A stretch of 24,000 nt of DNA. Source: Conexivisphaerales archaeon. GTDB lineage: Archaea; Thermoproteota; Nitrososphaeria; Conexivisphaerales; DTJL01. The stretch is taken from NCBI GenBank assembly GCA_035543015.1, contig DATKKG010000075.1, positions 1 to 24,000 of the forward strand. Reading direction: 5' to 3'. The notes under the pieces are model-generated. The model had not been told where the DNA came from. It worked only from the letters and a program-made list of their open reading frames with translations, and searched no databases. The position numbers were made by a program, and so were the translations under genes. Of this stretch, positions 17,197 through 24,000 are shown piece by piece (the stretch's first letter is position 1; each line of letters starts with the position of its first letter).

Positions 17197-18017
17197 ACTC
17201 AGCTGAAAGACGTAAGCTGATTTCCAAGTCTCCGATTTCCTTCAGGTACCTCAAGCGCTTCAACACGGCCGCCGGGGCTCTGCATCTCGTCCAAGGGCTG
17301 ATCATGCTGGCCCTAGGCCTCTCTCTGACCTGGAGCCGGGACATCTACACCTACTACCTCAAGTTCTCCGTCATCAGCCTGTCGCCGCCCGTCTTCAAGA
17401 TCGCCCCCAACCCCCAAGTCCTGTTCACCATCAACAACTTGGGCGCCATACTCGCTTCGTTCCTGCTCATATCGGCCGCCGCACACCTCATAATCGCCTT
17501 CGTCAGGAACAAGCAGTACAACGAGAACCTTTCCAAGGGCATGAACCCCTACCGCTGGTACGAATACTCACTGTCCAGCTCAATAATGATCGTCCTGATC
17601 TGCCTATTCCTGGGCATCTGGGACCTCTGGTCGCTGGTTATGATCTTCACGCTCAACGCCATGATGATCATGTTCGGCTACCTCATGGAGAAGATGAACC
17701 AGACCACGGAGAAGACGGACTGGTCGGCCTTCCTCCTGGGCTGCGTCTCCGGAGGTGTTCCGTGGGTGGTGCTGCTGGCCAACTTCGTGGGCCTCATCGG
17801 GTCTACGAACCTCAGGCCCCCGGCGTTCGTCTACATGATAGTGGTCATCTACTTCGTTCTCTTCAACAGCTTCGCCGTCAACATGGTGCTTCAGTACAAA
17901 GGAGTCGGGAAGTGGAAGGACTACCTCTACGGTGAACGCGTCTACATCCTCCTCAGCCTCATCGCAAAGAGCCTGCTGGCGTGGATCGTTTTCGTAGGGA
18001 TCTTCGCGCCGTTCTAG
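17193..18017 (+). CDS. Heliorhodopsin
   Basis: FNTAAGALHLVQG, NPYRWYEYSLSSSIMIVLICLFLGIWDL, GCVSGGVPWVVLL, FNSFAVNMVLQYKGVGKWKDYLYGERVYILLSLIAKSLLAWIVF; all hallmark segments, with the Schiff-base Lys in SLIAKS and the counterion Glu in WYEYS. Confidence 0.96.
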   Translation: MNSAERRKLISKSPISFRYLKRFNTAAGALHLVQGLIMLALGLSLTWSRDIYTYYLKFSVISLSPPVFKIAPNPQVLFTINNLGAILASFLLISAAAHLIIAFVRNKQYNENLSKGMNPYRWYEYSLSSSIMIVLICLFLGIWDLWSLVMIFTLNAMMIMFGYLMEKMNQTTEKTDWSAFLLGCVSGGVPWVVLLANFVGLIGSTNLRPPAFVYMIVVIYFVLFNSFAVNMVLQYKGVGKWKDYLYGERVYILLSLIAKSLLAWIVFVGIFAPF

Positions 18018-18148
18018 GCAACCAAGTGAAGACGCCGCCTCCGGTTTTCTTTTTGAGAAGCTCAGCCGGAGGCACTCCAGAACTTGGAAGGCTTCTCCGG
18101 GACCTCTGCTGACCATGCTTCGCCCAGCCAACAAATGTGACTTGAACC

Positions 18149-18184
18149 TTGTAAGTTATGATTCTAAATATCTTCCGACTTAAG
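18149..18184 (+). promoter_or_regulatory. Promoter/operator upstream of the FAS1 gene, matching the MFS-heliorhodopsin promoter
   Basis: TTGTAAGTTATGATTCTAAATATCTTCCGACTTAAG; same spacing as 15419-15454. Confidence 0.65.
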
Positions 18185-18221
18185 TAGGATGCGAGAAAGG
18201 TCATTCTTAGGGAAAAACACG

Positions 18222-18632
18222 ATGGCAAACATCGTTCAAACCGCAATACAGGCTGGCTCCTTCAAGACGCTCGTAGCGGCTGTGCAGGCTGCCGGTCTGG
18301 TCGACACTCTGAGCAGCAAAGGCCCGTTCACGGTCTTCGCACCCAACGACGACGCCTTTGCTAAGCTGCCGAAGGGCACGGTTGAGAGCCTCCTTAACGA
18401 CAAGGCCAAGCTCACTTCCGTACTCACCTACCACGTCGTAGCCGGCAAGGTCATGTCAAGCGACGTAAGGACAGGCCCGGTCAAGACAGTCCAGGGACAG
18501 AACGCCCAGATGAAGGTGTCCGGCATCTTCTCCAAGACCGTCATGATCGACAACGCCAAGGTCATCAAGCCCGACATAGTGACCGACAACGGCCTAATTC
18601 ACGTAATCGACTCGGTCATCCTGCCAGAGTAA
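18222..18632 (+). CDS. Fasciclin (FAS1) domain protein, no signal peptide
   Basis: [58 protein letters not shown]...[14 protein letters not shown]...[18 protein letters not shown]. The ORF track start 18189 is probably too early. Confidence 0.95.
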   Translation: MANIVQTAIQAGSFKTLVAAVQAAGLVDTLSSKGPFTVFAPNDDAFAKLPKGTVESLLNDKAKLTSVLTYHVVAGKVMSSDVRTGPVKTVQGQNAQMKVSGIFSKTVMIDNAKVIKPDIVTDNGLIHVIDSVILPE

Positions 18633-18791
18633 GACTGCCAGAGCGCCTTTTTTAGCTCCAGCGGGCCCTCTTTCCTAGAGGTTTCTTGTTTCTACAACAC
18701 CGGTATTCTAGAATGTTCTATGCAGCGTCTCCATGAACTCAATCGGAAGAGCAATACAATAAAGGGGTCTCAGACACTCATATGCCGCACA

Positions 18792-19652
18792 ATGGAAGCC
18801 ACCATGACGTTGGAGGGCAGGGTCTGCATGGTCACTGGCGCCACCTCTGGCATAGGCAGAGCCACTGCCGAGGCCCTGTCGCGGATGGGAGCTGCCCTAG
18901 TCTTGGTTGGTCGCAGTCGGGAGAAGAGCGAGGAGACGATCATGTTCATCAAGGAATCGACCGGCAACTCGAAAGTCGAGTACCTTCTGGCTGACCTGTC
19001 TTCGCAGAAGGAGATCCGAAGCCTGGTGGAGAAGTTCAAGTCAAACCACAGTTCGCTTCACGTCCTGGTCAACAACGCCGGAGCCACCTTCTCGAAACGC
19101 CGTGAGACCGTCGACGGCTTCGAGATGACCTGGGCCACCAATTACCTCAGCTGCTTCCTCCTGACGAACCTCCTCTTGGACCTGCTCAAGTCCAGCGCAC
19201 CTTCTCGCATCGTCAACGTGTCTTCCGGCCTGCACAGGCGTGCGCGGCTCGACTTCAACGACCTACAGCTGAAGGCAGGCTACTCCAGGGATCGCGCCTA
19301 CGATCTTTCCAAGCTCGCCATGGTTCTCTTCACCTACGAGCTGGCCCGCCGCCTTGAAGGGAGCCGTGTGACGGCGAACGCGCTGGGCCCGGGCCTCGTG
19401 AGGACGAACCTTGGAAAGAACGAAGACCTTGCGACCAAGCTGGCCAAGAGCTTCGCCGACCTCTTCGCCGCCAGTGCTGAAGAGGGGGCAAGGACCAGCG
19501 TCTACCTAGCTTCATCCCCGGAGGTGGAGGGGGTCACGGGGATGTACTTCCTGAAGGGCAGAGAGGCGCGATCCTCCGACTTGTCATACAATTCCGAGTT
19601 CGCCAAACGACTGTGGGAGATCAGCGAAGCGCAGACAGGGCTGAAGCGGTAG
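18792..19652 (+). CDS. Short-chain dehydrogenase/reductase, retinol dehydrogenase-like
   Basis: VCMVTGATSGIGRATAEAL, LVNNAG, SRIVNVSSGLH, YDLSKLAMVLFTYELARRLEGSRVTANALGPGLVRTNL. Likely start 18792 rather than 18720. Confidence 0.9.
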   Translation: MEATMTLEGRVCMVTGATSGIGRATAEALSRMGAALVLVGRSREKSEETIMFIKESTGNSKVEYLLADLSSQKEIRSLVEKFKSNHSSLHVLVNNAGATFSKRRETVDGFEMTWATNYLSCFLLTNLLLDLLKSSAPSRIVNVSSGLHRRARLDFNDLQLKAGYSRDRAYDLSKLAMVLFTYELARRLEGSRVTANALGPGLVRTNLGKNEDLATKLAKSFADLFAASAEEGARTSVYLASSPEVEGVTGMYFLKGREARSSDLSYNSEFAKRLWEISEAQTGLKR

Positions 19653-19905
19653 GCAGCCTGCCGGCCGCTGGCTCGGCGCCCACGTCGGCATAGCCCATGC
19701 TGAAGGAGCCCCACACACCGATCTCTCTCTTGAGACCGTAGGCGTCCTCCCCGAGCCCCGCCCTGAGTCGTGCGACTTCTTTCTTCCGAACAGCAAGCCA
19801 CCTGCATCTGTCCTGACGGTGGAGGTCGGCTGGCGAGCATCTTCATGACGTTGCTTGGCACGAAACGTGGCTTCGCAGGTGCCTGATCGCGAGAAAGGAT
19901 GAAGG

Positions 19906-19913
19906 CTTATAAT
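19906..19913 (+). promoter_or_regulatory. TATA box of metK; probable leaderless transcript
   Basis: ggCTTATAATcc 24-31 nt upstream of GTG 19937. Confidence 0.55.
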
Positions 19914-19936
19914 CCCAATCTCCCTCGACTCGTGGC

Positions 19937-21097
19937 GTGTCAAACAGCTATCTCTTTACATCCGAGTCCGTGGCAGAGGGCCATCCGGACAAGGTAGCCG
20001 ACCAGATCTCCGACGCCATCCTTGACGCCATCCTAGCCCAGGACCCAAAGGCCAGGGTGGACTGCGAGACTCTGGTAATGGAGAGCATGGTGATCGTAAC
20101 GGGCCAAATCACCACCAAGGCGACGGTGAACTACAAGAAGGTCATCAGGGGCGTCCTGAGGGACCTCGGTTTGAACAACGCCCGGGACGGCCTCGACTGG
20201 GAGACCTGTGGGATCCTTGTCTCGATCGAAGAGCAGTCGCCCGACATCGCCATGGGCGTCAACAAGGCTCCCGAGGAGATGGGCGCCGGCGACCAGGGGA
20301 TCATGTTCGGGTACGCCTGCAACGAAACGCCGGAGCTCATGCCCCTTCCCATAATGCTCGCCCACAAGATCGTCAAACGGCTGGCGGAGGTTCGAAAGAA
20401 CGGCGAACTGCCCTACCTCAGGCCCGACGGGAAGTCCCAGGTCACAGTCGAGTACACGGAAGGCAAGCCCGTAAGAGTGGAGGCGGTGGTCGTGGCGGCC
20501 CAGCATGAAGAGCACGTCGACAGGGAGAAGATGAGGAAGGACATCATCGAGAAGGTGATCAAGGAGGTCGTCCCCGCGAACCTCATCGACGCCAAGACGA
20601 AGTATCTTATCAACGAGACCGGCAGGTTCGTCGTCGGCGGAACGCTGGCCGACTCAGGGATAACCGGCAGGAAGATCATAGTCGACACGTACGGCGGGAC
20701 CGGCTCACATGGCGGCGGCTGCTTCGGCGGGAAGGACCCCTCGAAGGTCGACCGTTCGGCGAGCTATATGGCCCGCTACATCGCCAAGAACATCGTCGCC
20801 GCGGGCCTGGCCGACAGAGTTCAGGTGCAGATAGCCTACGCCATCGGAGTGGCGGAGCCCATCTCGGTCTTCGTGACGACCTACGGCACAGGCAAGGTAC
20901 CCGACGCCAAGATCACTGAGCTTGTCAAGAAGAACTTCGACCTGCGCCCCGGCATGATCATCAAACGGCTGGACCTCCTCAGGCCCATCTACAGGAAGAC
21001 GGCCTGCTACGGGCACTTCGGGAGGACCGAGCCGGAGTTCACGTGGGAGAAGACGGACGTCGCCGGCGACCTGAGACGGCAGGCTGGGCTGAAGTAG
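19937..21097 (+). CDS. metK: S-adenosylmethionine synthetase, bacterial/eukaryotic-type
   Basis: [85 protein letters not shown]. Confidence 0.96.
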   Translation: MSNSYLFTSESVAEGHPDKVADQISDAILDAILAQDPKARVDCETLVMESMVIVTGQITTKATVNYKKVIRGVLRDLGLNNARDGLDWETCGILVSIEEQSPDIAMGVNKAPEEMGAGDQGIMFGYACNETPELMPLPIMLAHKIVKRLAEVRKNGELPYLRPDGKSQVTVEYTEGKPVRVEAVVVAAQHEEHVDREKMRKDIIEKVIKEVVPANLIDAKTKYLINETGRFVVGGTLADSGITGRKIIVDTYGGTGSHGGGCFGGKDPSKVDRSASYMARYIAKNIVAAGLADRVQVQIAYAIGVAEPISVFVTTYGTGKVPDAKITELVKKNFDLRPGMIIKRLDLLRPIYRKTACYGHFGRTEPEFTWEKTDVAGDLRRQAGLK

Positions 21098-21159
21098 GGC
21101 GCATCGGTCACCCTAAGACGGGATCGTCCCACGAAGCCCTTTACCCCCGCGACCAGCAC

Positions 21160-22629
21160 TCATGAGGCTCCCTCCGGAAGAACCGGCACGTCCCGACTAT
21201 GGATCGTATACGTGAGGGCCGCCGCCAGGTTGACGCCATCGAACGGCTCCGCCGAGCTCCTCATGTACATGTCCGCCACCGGGGTCACCCGGTAGACTCC
21301 CGAGCTCGCGAGTCCCTCGACAAGCTCGTCCTTCTGCGGGCCCTTGGCCGCCAATCCCACCGTCTGCACCCTGTCGACCCCGCCGAAAGCCTTCCGAAAA
21401 CGGAGCCCCTCCACCTGCGCCAGGGCCTCGGCGGGCGTGTCGACGACCACCATCTCTAGGAACCGTTTCCTGTTGTAGAGGTTGAATGAGGGGAACGAGG
21501 AGACCGCATCGTCTAGCCCGCTCGACTTCTTAGAGAGGACGAGGGTCCACATGTTCCTTGGGTCGTCAGACGAGTAGACTTCGCTGCCTCCGAACCTGAG
21601 GATGCGTCGGACGCTCTGCAATGTGAAGATCGCACCCTCCCCCATCTTCATCTCGTAATCACTGCCGACCTTGGCCAGCTCTTCGCCCAGCGTCTCTGCG
21701 AATGCCTTAGCGGCCTCCCATCTCCCAATGAACGCTCCCTGCGTAGGCGAGCTGCAAAGCTGCTGGTCGTAGAGCACTATGTTCGTGGCAAGCTTCTGCG
21801 CGACCGTCCCGTCCGCCGAAGCCCCATCGACAACCACGAAGCCAGTCATCGGCCCGTTGACGAGATATCTCGGATGGAAGGGGTTCTCTAGGATAAGCTT
21901 GCCCACGGTCGTGCGTGCCGGCTCTCCACCCCAGAAGTTCACCAGGCCAAGGTCCCCCCTGCTCAGCAGTGCCCGGAGGGTAGGGCTATCATGGGTGAAG
22001 TAGCTGAGGGCGATAGCTTGAGACATCAGCCGGGCCGTGTCGGATGTTCCAGCCAACTCGCCTACAAGACTGAACACGTCGGCCACTGCCGAGTAGTTCG
22101 CCATTGAAGGGCGTAGAAGGGTGAAGTTGCCGGTTGCCAGAGACAGGACCGTCGGGATCAGGGGTGGAATTAGGGAGTTCCCAGAGCTTATGATGAACAC
22201 CGGCCCCACGGGCATGTACCTGCAGTACTCTCCAGGCGCGACTCGGCTGAACCGAACGAGCCCCTCCAGATTCGGGAACGAGGCGTCCAAGTTCCTCCTT
22301 ATGTTGGCCCCATTCAACACGAAGGGCACAAGGGAGAACTCCATCAGGCTCAGCTTTCTGCCGTAGCCCGCCGCCCGTGAGAGCGAGTCGATGGAGCCGT
22401 CGAGCTTCCCCGAGTCGAGGCGTTCCTTCCAGAGCCTCCCCACCCGGTCTATTACCTCCAACCTCTCTTCGACGGGCCTCTTCGAAAGCTCGAGCTGGAC
22501 CGACCTTCCTTCCGCCAAGAGCTCCCAGACGGAGGCTTCGCTCAGCTCGGATACCTCATGTCCGTCCAACTGCTTCTTCACGACCTCAGCGTGTCGTCCG
22601 AAGACCAGGGGATTAGTGCCCGAGGACAT
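21160..22629 (-). CDS. LuxC-like acyl-CoA/acyl-protein reductase
   Basis: YMPVGPVFIISSGNSLIPPLIPTVLSLATGNFTLLRPS, VNFWGGEPA, NIVLYDQQLCSSPTQGAF (catalytic Cys). ATG 22629 overlaps the upstream TGA by 1 nt (TGATG); ORF track start 22668 is an extension. Confidence 0.87.
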   Translation of the reverse strand: MSSGTNPLVFGRHAEVVKKQLDGHEVSELSEASVWELLAEGRSVQLELSKRPVEERLEVIDRVGRLWKERLDSGKLDGSIDSLSRAAGYGRKLSLMEFSLVPFVLNGANIRRNLDASFPNLEGLVRFSRVAPGEYCRYMPVGPVFIISSGNSLIPPLIPTVLSLATGNFTLLRPSMANYSAVADVFSLVGELAGTSDTARLMSQAIALSYFTHDSPTLRALLSRGDLGLVNFWGGEPARTTVGKLILENPFHPRYLVNGPMTGFVVVDGASADGTVAQKLATNIVLYDQQLCSSPTQGAFIGRWEAAKAFAETLGEELAKVGSDYEMKMGEGAIFTLQSVRRILRFGGSEVYSSDDPRNMWTLVLSKKSSGLDDAVSSFPSFNLYNRKRFLEMVVVDTPAEALAQVEGLRFRKAFGGVDRVQTVGLAAKGPQKDELVEGLASSGVYRVTPVADMYMRSSAEPFDGVNLAAALTYTIHSRDVPVLPEGAS

Positions 22630-23891
22630 CACTTCCCCCTCATCATCTCTTCCATGCTCCCGCCGCATGCCCTTTGTAGATCCCAGCCTTCGTCCGTGGT
22701 GAGCCGTCTGACGAACGAGAACTCCCTGCCGTAATAGCGCGAGGACCTCTTGGCGACCATGAGGTCCCCAGGATAGAAGACCTCGAGCCAGGACGTTGTA
22801 AACGGGTTGAAAATCCCGACGATCCCCTGTTTTCCTTCCTCCCTCACCGGTTTGAAGGTCTTGGGGTCGAGGAGGAAGACCTCTGAAAGCGGGTGAGGTA
22901 CCTTGTCCATGGCCCCATACCTGTCGATCAGCGCCGTCAGGGTCTCGGTCATTCCCAGCACGTCCATGAAGGGCGCCGGACTCCGTGCTTCATTCCGTCC
23001 CCCGGCGACAAAGTGCTTCGCCGAGAGCTCGACGATATCCGGGTAGGGAGGCAGGTCCGAGAACCCTTTCGTTCCGCCCCCTGTCACCACAAGCCCGCCC
23101 CTGCCCAGGCGCACGGGGGGCGCGCCGGAGGCCAGCCGGTACCCCAGTTTCTTGAATAGGCCCATTTCGTCGAACTGCTTGGCCATCAGGTAGACGCCGG
23201 CCGGGGCAGTGAAGAACAGCTTCGGCTCCTCCCCGCTCTTCAGGAACTTCAGGATCCTGTCCCTGTTGGGCTCCAGCTTCTGCCACGGAACTCCGTTTTC
23301 TGCCCCTTCCAGGAGGTCCATCCCGTAGATGAGCTCGATGTCCTTGCGCTCGAGCGCCAGCTGAACGAAGGCGACGAAGCTCAACCTGTAGCGGAGCTCA
23401 GGTGCAGCCATGAAGAGCGCAACGCCCTTCCCCTCCTCCAAGTGCCTCCCATAGACATATTCGAACAAGTCCGTGTTGGCCTTTATCATCACAGCCAGGT
23501 CCAGGGGGCTCCTGTAGACTTTGACCGGCTCCTTCCCCGAGGTCCCGCTGGACTTGAAGTATTCTCCTCCGGGCTCCACGTCATCTATCAGCAGAGGCTT
23601 CTGGCCTTCGCCCCTCAGGATGTCGGAGGGAACCGCTAGCTTCGCTAGGTCCCCCAGTTCAGCGTCGGAAGGAGCTATCGACAGCCTTTCGAAGAGTTCT
23701 GCGTAGTGCCGGCTGTGACGCGCGAAGAACTGGAGCGACTCCCGGAAGAGGCCCTTCCTGAGCTCCATCAGGTAATCTGGCGATCTCTCGAAGAGCGACG
23801 GGTCGTTCACCGTTTCCCAGACTTTGGAGACGTATGGGTCGCCCAACAACTTGCTCTTCTCCGCGGCTTGGAAGATCGCCTGGGCATCCAT
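22629..23891 (-). CDS. LuxE-like acyl-protein synthetase / acyl-activating enzyme
   Basis: GGEYFKSSGTSGKEPVKVYRSPLD, LASGAPPVRLGRGGLVVTGGGTKGFS, FMDVLGMTETL, PFTTSWLEVFYPGDL; C-terminal Cys (QRACGG). Confidence 0.85.
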   Translation of the reverse strand: MDAQAIFQAAEKSKLLGDPYVSKVWETVNDPSLFERSPDYLMELRKGLFRESLQFFARHSRHYAELFERLSIAPSDAELGDLAKLAVPSDILRGEGQKPLLIDDVEPGGEYFKSSGTSGKEPVKVYRSPLDLAVMIKANTDLFEYVYGRHLEEGKGVALFMAAPELRYRLSFVAFVQLALERKDIELIYGMDLLEGAENGVPWQKLEPNRDRILKFLKSGEEPKLFFTAPAGVYLMAKQFDEMGLFKKLGYRLASGAPPVRLGRGGLVVTGGGTKGFSDLPPYPDIVELSAKHFVAGGRNEARSPAPFMDVLGMTETLTALIDRYGAMDKVPHPLSEVFLLDPKTFKPVREEGKQGIVGIFNPFTTSWLEVFYPGDLMVAKRSSRYYGREFSFVRRLTTDEGWDLQRACGGSMEEMMRGK

Positions 23892-24000
23892 GACCAACAC
23901 TTCACTATGAAAGAACCCCGTACATAAGACTTCATGACGAGAGGAGCCTACCGCGGCTTCGGGCCTGATGTGGAGGTTGGCAAAACGAGAAAAGGGCGAC

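Noticed and set aside
18705-18714. Perfect palindrome ATTCTAGAAT upstream of the SDR
   Set aside because: Only 10 bp, not repeated at other promoters in the window; could be chance.
19502-19943. 119-aa minus ORFs over the SDR 3' end and metK upstream region
   Set aside because: Arg/Gly/Ser-rich shadow ORFs overlapping the metK promoter.
1-24000. Search for CRISPR arrays, transposases, integrases, toxin-antitoxin or classical phage-defence genes
   Set aside because: No regularly spaced repeats and no recognisable transposase, integrase, Cas or defence protein in any supported ORF.

Overview
The window is about 60% GC and gene-dense, and it looks archaeal. The evidence is a tRNA-Val without an encoded CCA and with an upstream TTTAAA TATA box, several near-leaderless TATA promoters, a TrmB regulator, a class II HMG-CoA reductase, an Hjc-like PD-(D/E)XK protein and a PEFP-type C-terminal tail. 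Confident calls include Hsp20, HMG-CoA reductase, a class III nucleotidyl cyclase with an ACT-like C-terminus, cupredoxins, a ZIP-like transporter, GYD and DUF4242-like proteins, an MDR oxidoreductase, TspO/MBR-like and SOUL proteins, a B12-binding protein, a TrmB regulator, a DHA2-type MFS exporter, a heliorhodopsin, a FAS1 protein, a retinol-dehydrogenase-like SDR, bacterial-type MetK, and a LuxE/LuxC-like acyl-activation/reduction pair. The most interesting part is about 12-19.7 kb. It holds a standalone B12-binding protein with the CarH W-x9-EH and ExHxxG motifs, divergent from a TrmB regulator. Next comes an MFS gene overlapping a heliorhodopsin gene by 4 nt, then FAS1 and a retinol-dehydrogenase-like SDR, with TspO-like and SOUL genes upstream. 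The promoters of the MFS-heliorhodopsin operon and of FAS1 share an ungapped 34-nt element (26/34 identical). This suggests a coregulated light/retinal/tetrapyrrole response cluster. A second repeated promoter element, four GTATC-type sites spaced 11-21-11, precedes two membrane-protein genes. The luxE-luxC-like pair at the right edge is also unusual for an archaeon. All functional links are inferred from sequence reading only; no database searches were run.
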